This document shows positions 56,725 to 64,000 of a stretch of DNA of 64,000 nt, one piece after another. How positions within the stretch are numbered: position 1 is the first letter of the stretch; each line of letters begins with the position of its first letter. The stretch spans positions 3,137 to 67,136 of the forward strand of contig JAMXCX010000001.1 of assembly GCA_024542985.1 (NCBI GenBank), in the 5' to 3' direction. The stretch comes from Candidatus Omnitrophota bacterium (lineage in GTDB: Bacteria; Omnitrophota; Gorgyraeia; Duberdicusellales; 4484-171). Made by a program: the position numbers and the translations under genes. The notes below the pieces were generated by a model. It was given only the letters and a program-made list of their open reading frames with translations. It did not search any database and was not told where the DNA came from.

Positions 56725-57453
56725 TTACCTGATAATAGTTCCAATTTTCTGGCCACAAACTACTTTTTTTAGATTACCTTTCTGCATAAAATTAAATACA
56801 ATTATCGGCAGTTTATTTTCCATACACAAGCTAATAGCTGTAGTATCCATTATCCGCAAGCCTTTATTAATCACCTGCATATAGTTTAATTCTTTAAACA
56901 TCTTTGCCTTCCTGTTTCTAAGAGGGTCGCACGAATAGACTCCATCTACTTTTGTGCCTTTGAACAATGCATCGACCCCTATCTCTACACTTCTTAAAGC
57001 TGCCGCCGTATCAGTAGTAAAATAAGGATTGCCGGTTCCGGCAACAAATATCACTACTCTTTTTTTCTCCAGATGCCGCACAGCTCTTAGGCGAATATAA
57101 GGCTCAGCTATCCTTTCCATCTCAATTGCAGTCATAACCCGGCTGGGAATACCCTGATTTTCTAAAGCATTTTGCAAAGCAAGACCATTTAAAACAGTGG
57201 CTAACATTCCCATGTAATCGGCAACTGTCCTTTGCATCTGGAGTTCGCTAGATTTAGAAACCCCTCTAAATATATTACCGCCTCCAACTACCAGAGATAT
57301 TTCTACTCCTAAATTCACTATCTCTTTAATTTGTTTAGCCAAATGCGCACAGACGGAAGTATCAATACCGTGAGAATATCTGCCGGAGAAAGCTTCTCCG
57401 CTTAGTTTAAGAAGAATTCTCTTATACTTAGCACTTGTCTTTTTGGTCTTCAT
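56725..57453 (-). CDS. pyrH: UMP kinase
   Basis: KRILLKLSGEAF... Confidence 0.9.
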   Translation of the reverse strand: MKTKKTSAKYKRILLKLSGEAFSGRYSHGIDTSVCAHLAKQIKEIVNLGVEISLVVGGGNIFRGVSKSSELQMQRTVADYMGMLATVLNGLALQNALENQGIPSRVMTAIEMERIAEPYIRLRAVRHLEKKRVVIFVAGTGNPYFTTDTAAALRSVEIGVDALFKGTKVDGVYSCDPLRNRKAKMFKELNYMQVINKGLRIMDTTAISLCMENKLPIIVFNFMQKGNLKKVVCGQKIGTIIR

Positions 57454-57991
57454 CTTTTTCTCCTAATGAAAAACGTATAAACCTTTTGATTACAACGTTT
57501 TCGCCAGTTTGAGACACAATATCTCTTAAGTATTCTCCAACGGAAATTTTATTATTTTTTATAAAAGGCTGTTCCAAAAGACAATGCTGCTTTACATACT
57601 CATTTGGATTTTTGACATCTTTTAAAAAATCAGAAGGAATGTTCTCTTTCTTTATATACTCAGGGTTACTCGCTGCTACCTGCATAGCCATATCCTTAAC
57701 AAATTTCTTAAATATTTCTGTGCGTCCGACAAAATCAGTTTCGCAATTTACCTCAATTAGCACTCCTAGATTACCCCTAAAATGTACATAAGAATCTATC
57801 AAGCCCTCATGAGCTGCTCTTGCGCTCTTTTTCTCAAGCATTCTTATTCCTCTCTTTTTCAATATTTTTAGAGCCTCGTTGAAATCACCCTCAGATTCAC
57901 TTAAAGCTTTTTTACAATCATTAACACCTAGAGATGTCAACTCTCTCAACTTCTTAATGTCAGTCAAGCCCACCTTATTCCTCCTTTTCAT
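57428..57991 (-). CDS. tsf: translation elongation factor Ts (short form)
   Basis: IKKLRELTSLGVNDCKKAL UBA-like N-terminus; 187 aa. Confidence 0.85.
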   Translation of the reverse strand: MKRRNKVGLTDIKKLRELTSLGVNDCKKALSESEGDFNEALKILKKRGIRMLEKKSARAAHEGLIDSYVHFRGNLGVLIEVNCETDFVGRTEIFKKFVKDMAMQVAASNPEYIKKENIPSDFLKDVKNPNEYVKQHCLLEQPFIKNNKISVGEYLRDIVSQTGENVVIKRFIRFSLGEKDEDQKDKC

Positions 57992-58021
57992 GGTAACTTT
58001 TCAAAACTTCTATTCTTTAGC

Positions 58022-58813
58022 CTAGGCATCTACTACTTTATCGCCTTTTGGGTGTAGATTTTCTGCTGCTTTTGGTTCAGAATCTGCTGCATCAGCTACC
58101 AACGTCTTATCTTTTACGGTATCTTTAGTCTTTTTCAGACCTTCTTCAATGGCCTCAATAAGACACGAAGTTATATATTTTACTGATTTTATGGAATCAT
58201 CATTACCTGGTATTGGGTAATCAATAATCTCAGGGTCAGCGTCAGTATCAATTAAAGCTACTATAGGTATGTCTAGCTTACGCACTTCTCTTACGCAGGA
58301 AGTTTCCTTTTTAGGATCAACAACATAAACACAATCAGGTAAAGTCTCTAATGAAGTCACTCCGCTGTAGCTCTTTTCCATTCTTTCTAATTGACGGTTT
58401 AATTTCACCACCTCTTTCTTTATCATTTTATCAAATCCACCCGTATCTCTTTTCTTTACAAGCTCTATATATTTATTTACCCTGCTTCTTACGGTAGCAA
58501 AATTGGTAAGTAACCCCCCGACCCATCTCTCGGTTACATAAGGCATATCACAAGAAGAAGCCATCTCCTTAATCAACCCCCTAAGCTGTTTTTTAGTAGC
58601 AACAAAAAGAATCTTTCCTCCTGTTTGAGCTTGCTGCTTTAAGAAATCTTTCGCTTCCTGGATTTTTTGGGCCGTTTTCTCCAAATCGATTATATATACA
58701 TTCTTTTTTTTGCCAAAAATAAACCCTTTCATTTTGGGATTCCAGTGTTTACTCAAGTGGCCAAAATGAACGCCACTTTCTAATAATCCTTTAATTATTT
58801 CCGGTAAAGCCAT
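58022..58813 (-). CDS. rpsB: 30S ribosomal protein S2
   Basis: Start at MALPEIIKGLLESGVHFGH (ATG 58811-58813) preceded by AAGGAGG Shine-Dalgarno. Confidence 0.9.
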   Translation of the reverse strand: MALPEIIKGLLESGVHFGHLSKHWNPKMKGFIFGKKKNVYIIDLEKTAQKIQEAKDFLKQQAQTGGKILFVATKKQLRGLIKEMASSCDMPYVTERWVGGLLTNFATVRSRVNKYIELVKKRDTGGFDKMIKKEVVKLNRQLERMEKSYSGVTSLETLPDCVYVVDPKKETSCVREVRKLDIPIVALIDTDADPEIIDYPIPGNDDSIKSVKYITSCLIEAIEEGLKKTKDTVKDKTLVADAADSEPKAAENLHPKGDKVVDA

Positions 58814-58870
58814 AGTACTTTTCCTCCTTACAATGCTGATACTCAGCACAAGTTTCAACTACACAGTTTT

Positions 58871-59040
58871 TCTTCGCTGTTGGCTCGAAAAACTATAAGT
58901 CTCATTGAGCCCTGCGACGCTACTCGCGTCCCAGGATTAATTCAACTAAACACTTTTGGGCGCTTCGCTTCAAAAGTGTAAGTTTCATTGAACCCTTGGG
59001 GTTAAAACCCTAAGGGTTTCCTGCGTCGGGATAAGACTAA
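58871..59040. repeat. two diverged tandem copies of an ~85-nt intergenic repeat (unit1 58871-58960, unit2 58961-59040)
   Basis: Shared blocks: cttcgct...aaaa(c/g)t(a/g)taagt(c/t)tcattga(g/a)ccc ... gcgtc(cca/g)gga(t)taa...actaaa; also present inverted at 55660-55745 and in modified form at 61091-61225. Confidence 0.55.
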
Positions 59041-59167
59041 AAATACAGTAAAATCACTAGTATTTAGACAACTGCTTAATCTCCAATTAGACAGAAAGTA
59101 TATCATATTTTCTAATATTTTCAACAATATATTATCTATAGATTTCTCGATATAAAATCAGGAGTAT

Positions 59168-60985
59168 CTATTCAGAAAATTGTAAATCGTAGAACTTTTT
59201 ATATAAACTATTTGCTTTTAATAATTGCTGATGTGTTCCTACCTCAGCAATTCTACCTTTATCCAAAACGGCTATTCTATCGGCCTTTTGGATAGTGGAA
59301 AGCCGGTGGGCAATAACAAAAGAAGTTTTTCCTTCCATTAAGGCATAAAGAGCATCCTTTATTAATTGCTCGGATACAGAATCAAGATGGCTAGTTGCCT
59401 CATCTAAAATCAAAATAGGCGCGTCTTTTAAAATCGCCCGGGCAATAGCAATTCTTTGTTTCTGGCCTCCGGACAATCTAAAGCCTCTGTCACCTACAAT
59501 TGTATTGAAATTTTCCGGCAATTTCATAATAAACTCATAGGCATGAGCTTTTTTGGCTGCTTCGATAATTTCAGAAGATGAAGCTCCCTCTTTCCCGTAA
59601 GCGATATTATCTTTTATGGTCGTATTAAAAAGAACAGTCTCTTGAGAAACAATTGAGATTAGGGAACGCAGGTCTTTTAATTTAACTTCTTTTATATCTA
59701 AACTATCTATACAAATTGTTCCCTTCTGCGGGTCATAAAATCTCAGCAATAATCCCACCAGGGTAGTTTTACCTGCCCCAGAATGCCCAACCAAAGCCAG
59801 CACTTCTCCCTTTTTTACCTCTAAATTAATATCTTCCAATATATAGCCATCTTCCTGGTTATACTCAAAACTAATTCCCTTAAAGGCAATTTGAGCACGC
59901 AGTTGCTTTAATCCTTTAGCTTCCCCTGCGTCTTTTATTGTAGGCTTTTGTTCTAGAATTTCATAAATCCGTGCAGATGCTGCTAGAGCTTTTTGGTTAA
60001 TGGCATGGACATTGGCTAATTTCTTTAAAGGACGTATCATAGACAAAAGAAAAATAAGAAATGTAGCAAAAACACCAAAAGAAAGCTTACCCGCAAGTAA
60101 CTCCGAGGATATTATGCACATGACTGCTATACCTCCTGCAATACCAAAAAATTCAGTCAAAGGTGATAATAGAAGGATTCTCTTAGTGCTTTTCAAAGTG
60201 AATTTATAATAATCCTGATTGATATTTTTAAATCTCTCCATTTCATAACTCTCACGGCAAAAAGCCTTTACAACATGTGCACCCTGGATGGTCTCTTGCA
60301 TTTGGGAATTTAAATCCGCTATTTTCTTTTGCACCTCTACGCTGAATTTTTTAACTCGCTTGCCTATCCTTGCAACCGGAATCATTATCGGCGGAAAAAT
60401 AAAAAAAATAACCAAGGGTAATTTCCAAGATATCTGAAAACCAATCCAAAGAGCCATAAAAACAAAAAATACCAATTTCATTGACTCAAAAATAAAATCC
60501 CTAAGGGCGTAAGAAATTGCATTGGTAATTATAGCAACATCATTGGTAACGCGGGACATTAATTCTCCCACCCTTTGTTTACCGTAAAAATCCAGGGATA
60601 AATCCTGTAATTTAGCATATAATTTATTTCTTACATCCTTTACTACACCTTCACCGACAACATTCATGAGGTAACCCTGCAAGAAGATGAATAGCCCTTT
60701 AACCAGAAACAAAATCGGCAGAAATACAACCATGTACTTAAAAAACACTGCCGGTTCTATTGAATTTAATTTCTCAACAATATCAGCTAAAAATTGAGGT
60801 AATTGACCGGGAATAACTATCGGTTTGTTGGTAAACACTCTATCGGTTAGAGGCCCCATCATGCCTAAGCTTATCCCCTCAAAGATAGTAGATGCCCCCA
60901 TGCAAAGAGCTGCCACAGCCAGGGTTTTGATATAAGACCTTGCAAACTTAAGCAATTTAAAGTATTCTTTCAGGTGTTTTTTCAT
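59168..60985 (-). CDS. msbA: ABC transporter permease/ATPase, MsbA-like lipid exporter
   Basis: Six-TM N-terminal domain plus Walker A GHSGAGKTTL, signature LSGGQKQRIAIARAIL; start chosen at ATG MKKHLKE (track ORF begins at TTG 12 nt upstream). Confidence 0.8.
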   Translation of the reverse strand: MKKHLKEYFKLLKFARSYIKTLAVAALCMGASTIFEGISLGMMGPLTDRVFTNKPIVIPGQLPQFLADIVEKLNSIEPAVFFKYMVVFLPILFLVKGLFIFLQGYLMNVVGEGVVKDVRNKLYAKLQDLSLDFYGKQRVGELMSRVTNDVAIITNAISYALRDFIFESMKLVFFVFMALWIGFQISWKLPLVIFFIFPPIMIPVARIGKRVKKFSVEVQKKIADLNSQMQETIQGAHVVKAFCRESYEMERFKNINQDYYKFTLKSTKRILLLSPLTEFFGIAGGIAVMCIISSELLAGKLSFGVFATFLIFLLSMIRPLKKLANVHAINQKALAASARIYEILEQKPTIKDAGEAKGLKQLRAQIAFKGISFEYNQEDGYILEDINLEVKKGEVLALVGHSGAGKTTLVGLLLRFYDPQKGTICIDSLDIKEVKLKDLRSLISIVSQETVLFNTTIKDNIAYGKEGASSSEIIEAAKKAHAYEFIMKLPENFNTIVGDRGFRLSGGQKQRIAIARAILKDAPILILDEATSHLDSVSEQLIKDALYALMEGKTSFVIAHRLSTIQKADRIAVLDKGRIAEVGTHQQLLKANSLYKKFYDLQFSE

Positions 60986-61015
60986 GGTTAAAATCAAGGA
61001 ATTTTACCACACCGA

Positions 61016-61044
61016 TTGACTTTTCACAAGAGATTTGATACAAT
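61016..61044 (+). promoter_or_regulatory. sigma70-like promoter TTGACT - 17 nt - TACAAT driving the plus-strand leader/Gfo-lpxB operon
   Basis: Read directly; only near-consensus -35/-10 pair in this divergent intergenic region. Confidence 0.45.
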
Positions 61045-61098
61045 CAGCAAACAGAAAACAACGGACAGATCGCTAATTTCTGACATCTGACTCTTGAA

Positions 61099-61183
61099 AT
61101 GGAGCCCCACCCGGGCTAAAGCCCGGGGTTCCCTTAGGGGCGCAATCCCTGCCTACCGGCAGGCAGGCCCGACCCGCCTCCAT
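61099..61183 (+). ncRNA. structured GC-rich 5' leader element closed by AUGGAG/CUCCAU helix (candidate riboswitch-like or attenuator RNA)
   Basis: Contains hairpin CCCGGGC-UAAA-GCCCGGG, CCCUUAGGGG and the palindrome CCUGCCUACCGGCAGGCAGG; related to the 85-nt repeat family. Confidence 0.35.
61147..61170. repeat. GC-rich palindromic motif CCCTGCCTACCGGCAGGCAGGCCC (CTGCCGGCAG family) in msbA / Gfo-lpxB divergent region
   Basis: Read directly; lies inside the structured plus-strand leader. Confidence 0.45.
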
Positions 61184-61184
61184 T

Positions 61185-61211
61185 CTCGGTCTAAAGGCCG
61201 AGGTTTTGTGG
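61185..61211 (+). terminator. intrinsic-terminator-like hairpin CUCGGUC-UAAA-GGCCGAG followed by GUUUUGUGG, 17 nt before start codon at 61228
   Basis: 7-bp GC-rich stem (one G-U) with tetraloop and U-rich tail on the plus strand only. Confidence 0.4.
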
Positions 61212-61227
61212 CGTCGGGATAAACGAT

Positions 61228-62130
61228 ATGAAAGCAGGAATAATAGGTATAGGAAAATTAGGAAGCATACACTTACGTATCTATAAGGAGCTCAAGGAAA
61301 TAAGTAAAATATACCTTGTAGATATAGATAAAAAAAAATTAGCTGCCCACAATTATTTGGCTACCTTTAATGATTACAAGCAATTAAAGGACAAGGTTAA
61401 TCTTGTAAGCATTGCTACCCCTACACCTAGCCATTTTAAAATTGCTAAGTTCTTCCTTGAGAATAAAATTCCCGTGCTGGTAGAAAAACCTCTTACCCAG
61501 AATGCAAAAGAAGCAGAAAAACTAGTAGAGATATCCCGAAAACACAAAACCCTCCTTTTTGTCGGGCATGTTGAAAGATACAATAATGCCTATCTGGCAA
61601 TAAAAAAAATTATTACTACTCCTCTATTTATAGAATGTCATCGCCTAAGCCTATATCCTCATAGATCATTAGATACCAGTGTTGTACTTGATTTAATGAT
61701 TCATGACTTAGATATAATTCTTGATCTTCTAAAAGATAAAGTAAAAAAAGTAGAGGCAAAAGGAGTAAAGGTGCTTTCACCTTCTCAAGACATAGCTAAT
61801 GCCCGCATAACTTTTTCAAAAGGCTGCGTTGCCAATATAACATCCTCGCGGATATCAACAAAGAAAGAAAGAAAAATCCGAATATTTATGCCGAATCTCT
61901 ATATTTCTCTGGATTACGCCCAGCAAACAGTAGAAATTTATAGAAAAATAAAGAAAAAGATAATAAAAAAAATTCTCACCATAAACAAAGAAGAACCTCT
62001 AAAAAAAGAAATAGCCGCTTTTGTGAATTTGGTCAAGACAAAGAGCTTTTCTTTGGAATATGCTGATAAAGCGAAGGATGCTTTAAAGCTTGCGCTAAAA
62101 ATACAAAAAATCATTGAAAACAGCGGCTAA
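61228..62130 (+). CDS. Gfo/Idh/MocA family NAD-binding oxidoreductase (possible GnnA-like UDP-GlcNAc 3-dehydrogenase)
   Basis: MKAGIIGIGKLGSIHLRIY Rossmann N-terminus...EKPL motif; immediately upstream of lpxB. Confidence 0.7.
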   Translation: MKAGIIGIGKLGSIHLRIYKELKEISKIYLVDIDKKKLAAHNYLATFNDYKQLKDKVNLVSIATPTPSHFKIAKFFLENKIPVLVEKPLTQNAKEAEKLVEISRKHKTLLFVGHVERYNNAYLAIKKIITTPLFIECHRLSLYPHRSLDTSVVLDLMIHDLDIILDLLKDKVKKVEAKGVKVLSPSQDIANARITFSKGCVANITSSRISTKKERKIRIFMPNLYISLDYAQQTVEIYRKIKKKIIKKILTINKEEPLKKEIAAFVNLVKTKSFSLEYADKAKDALKLALKIQKIIENSG

Positions 62131-62183
62131 GAAGCTTAAAACTTCTACCCTTCCAAGAAAATAGAACAAAAACTTTAAACGAG

Positions 62184-63284
62184 ATGAAAAAGATAATTAT
62201 TGTAGCCGGAGAACCTTCAGGCGATTTATACGGAAGCCTATTAGCAGAAAAATTAAAAACTAAATTCCCCTCTTTAGATATTTTCTCTTTTGGCGGACCA
62301 AAACTAGCCAAACACTCTAAACAGTTAATTAATCTTCTTAATTACTCGGTTTCAGGAATAATAGAAGTACTCTCACACTTAAGGAGAATACTCAAAGTTT
62401 TTAAAGGAGTCCTACAATATATCCACGATATAAAACCCGACTTAATAATACTTATTGATTTTCCTGACTTCAATTTACGGCTGGCAAAAACGCTCAACAA
62501 AAAATTTCCTATTTTTTACTATGTAAGCCCTCAAGTCTGGGCCTGGAGAAAAAAAAGAATAAGTTTAATTAAACAACTCGTAGAAAAAATAATTGTGATT
62601 TTTAAGTTTGAAGAAAAATTCTATCAAAATGAAGGCATAAATGCTCTTTACTTCGGACATCCTTTGTTGGATGTAATTAAAAAACAGGGTATTAATACAA
62701 AAAAAATAATATCTTTACTACCCGGTTCACGGAAAAACGAAATACAAAAACACTTACTTTTAATGCAGCAAACAAAAACAATTTTACAGAAAGAGTTACC
62801 TGGCTATTCTTTTCGGATATTAAAACCACAAAATATAGAAAAAACTTTTTATGAAGAATTTCCTCTGGACACAGATATAGAAATAACAGACTATTCTTAC
62901 CAAGCAATTGAAGAATCAAAATTTATTATCGCCTCTTCAGGAACAGCAACCGTAGAAATTGCCATATTAGAAATTCCTTATATAATCATATACAAAGTTA
63001 ATCCTATAAGCTGGTATATCCTAAAAAGGTTAGTAAAAACAGACTACATTGGTATGGTTAATATTCTGCAGTCGAGGAAAGTAGTCACTGAATTGCTGCA
63101 AACTCAAGCAACACCTGACAATATCGCTAAGGCCTCTCTAAGGTACCTAAAAAATCCTCAAGAGTATTCGCAATTAAAATCCGCTTTAGGCAAAACCAAA
63201 GAAATACTTTCTCCTTACGGAGCAACAGAAAAATTCACTGATTTTATAGCTCAATATTTAGAACTTAAAAATTCCCAAAAGTGA
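62184..63284 (+). CDS. lpxB: lipid-A-disaccharide synthase
   Basis: KIIIVAGEPSGDLYGSLLAEKLK N-terminal LpxB signature; 366 aa. Confidence 0.85.
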   Translation: MKKIIIVAGEPSGDLYGSLLAEKLKTKFPSLDIFSFGGPKLAKHSKQLINLLNYSVSGIIEVLSHLRRILKVFKGVLQYIHDIKPDLIILIDFPDFNLRLAKTLNKKFPIFYYVSPQVWAWRKKRISLIKQLVEKIIVIFKFEEKFYQNEGINALYFGHPLLDVIKKQGINTKKIISLLPGSRKNEIQKHLLLMQQTKTILQKELPGYSFRILKPQNIEKTFYEEFPLDTDIEITDYSYQAIEESKFIIASSGTATVEIAILEIPYIIIYKVNPISWYILKRLVKTDYIGMVNILQSRKVVTELLQTQATPDNIAKASLRYLKNPQEYSQLKSALGKTKEILSPYGATEKFTDFIAQYLELKNSQK

Positions 63285-63304
63285 TCCTGGCCGAAAGTTA
63301 TCCT

Positions 63305-64000
63305 TTAACTCTTGGGCTTTTTATATTTTATAAAATTATATATATTTAAAATTGCCGCTGGGGTGATACCGCTTATTTTAAGAGCCTCATCCAAAGAAGA
63401 AGGCTTAAACCTCTCCAATTTTTCTCTTACCTCTTTCGATAACGAATCAATATGACTGTAATCCATCCTAGGCATTTTGATCCTTTCGAGATTTTTTAAC
63501 TCTTTGCGCCATATTGATTCCCGGCGTAAAAATCCTTCATATTTTGCAATTATTTCTATTTCCCTTCTGATACTTAAATCTTTTATTTTTTCTCCTAATT
63601 GTCTTTCGACTGCCTTAAAAGACACTTTGGGGTTTTTAAACATATCAAAGAGAGAAATTCTCTTATTAGCAAACACTACTTTTTTATTCTTTAGCTTCTC
63701 AATGCTTTCGGCAATTTTTTCCTTTTTATCCAAGCTAAGCTTATAATCACTCTTTGTCAGTAAACCTAAATTATACCCGTAAGCAGCCAGCCTGATATCG
63801 GCGTTGCTTTCCCGCAACGAAAGACGAAATTCACTTCGCGAGGTAAACATACGATATGGCTCATCTACCCCTTTAGTAGTTAAATCATCTGCCAAAACTC
63901 CTATATAGGCCATATCTCTTTTTAAAATAAACGGCTTCTCATCTTTTATACTCAAAGCGGCATTTATCCCCGCAATTAATCCTTGAGCGGCAGCTTCCTC
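63305..64000 (-). CDS. mnmG: tRNA uridine 5-carboxymethylaminomethyl modification enzyme MnmG, C-terminal part (gene continues beyond window end)
   Basis: ...SIKDEKPFILKRDMAYIGVLADDLTTKGVDEPYRMFTSRSEFRL...ISGITPAAI; reverse complement of 63956-64000 continues in frame as EEAAAQGLIAGINA. Confidence 0.85.
   Translation of the reverse strand, partial: EEAAAQGLIAGINAALSIKDEKPFILKRDMAYIGVLADDLTTKGVDEPYRMFTSRSEFRLSLRESNADIRLAAYGYNLGLLTKSDYKLSLDKKEKIAESIEKLKNKKVVFANKRISLFDMFKNPKVSFKAVERQLGEKIKDLSIRREIEIIAKYEGFLRRESIWRKELKNLERIKMPRMDYSHIDSLSKEVREKLERFKPSSLDEALKISGITPAAILNIYNFIKYKKPKS

Noticed and set aside
60995-60997. TTG start for the msbA-like gene as given in the ORF track
   Set aside because: An in-frame ATG (MKKHLKE...) lies 12 nt downstream and gives a typical ABC-transporter N-terminus. 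I used 60985 as the start.
63285-63335. Bidirectional terminator between convergent lpxB and mnmG
   Set aside because: A T-run (cttgggcttttt) is present, but the upstream stem is imperfect. The segment overlaps the mnmG 3' coding end.

Overview
This is a 64-kb AT-rich bacterial chromosomal segment with extreme strand bias: about 65 of 67 genes lie on the minus strand, and only a Gfo/Idh/MocA oxidoreductase and lpxB are on the plus strand. The organism looks Gram-negative-type (lpxB, msbA-like, degP), probably from an uncultivated, pseudopilin-rich lineage.

Most of the window is conserved housekeeping:
- **Lipoate and glycine cleavage:** lipA (partial at the window start); gcvT-gcvH-gcvPA-gcvPB followed by a LipM/LplA-like octanoyltransferase.
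- **Small conserved genes:** pgeF/yfiH, yggU (DUF167), rmuC, split coaB/coaC, a DUF62 SAM hydroxide adenosyltransferase, a pyruvate kinase lacking the C-terminal domain, a PilZ-domain protein, mazG and a nitroreductase.
- **DNA repair:** an AddAB-type helicase-nuclease pair.
- **Riboflavin:** ribD, PHP-domain protein, nusB, ribH, ribBA.
- **Translation and recombination:** rpsI-rplM; recA-recX-alaS with degP; lepA; and the rpsB-tsf-pyrH-frr block.
- **Histidine and aromatic amino acids:** hisD-hisB-hisH-hisA; cmk, tyrA, DAHP synthase, hisC, pheA.
- **Lipids and secretion:** plsY, pgsA, lepB.
- **Envelope and tRNA modification:** msbA-like ABC exporter, Gfo/Idh/MocA oxidoreductase plus lpxB, and the 3' part of mnmG.
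- **tRNAs:** Gly(GCC), Leu(TAG) and Lys(TTT).

Four things stand out from this background:
- **Pilin/adhesin island (754-6945).** A translationally coupled cluster sits between lipA and the lipM/gcv genes. It holds three prepilin-type proteins that all lack Gly at -1, a 619-aa cysteine-rich secreted protein with a (DP)n linker encoded by a hexanucleotide repeat, and two tandem paralogous secreted proteins sharing near-identical nucleotide tracts. No pilus assembly machinery is present in the window.
- **Regulatory PTS with no sugar permease.** Enzyme I, HPr, a membrane-anchored YvcK and an EIIA-Ntr are clustered at 51.5-55.3 kb. A separate APC-family permease at 17.2-19.0 kb carries a C-terminal EIIA-type-2 domain.
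- **GC-rich palindrome family.** A CTGCCGGCAG-centred motif recurs in at least five promoter-proximal intergenic regions, three of them at the PTS-related genes.
- **Roughly 85-nt intergenic repeat family.** Copies lie upstream of rpsB (tandem), inverted next to tRNA-Gly between a duplicated tRNA-Gly 5' end/leader, and inside a structured, terminator-containing leader upstream of the Gfo/Idh/MocA-lpxB operon.

No CRISPR array, transposase, integrase or rRNA was seen.
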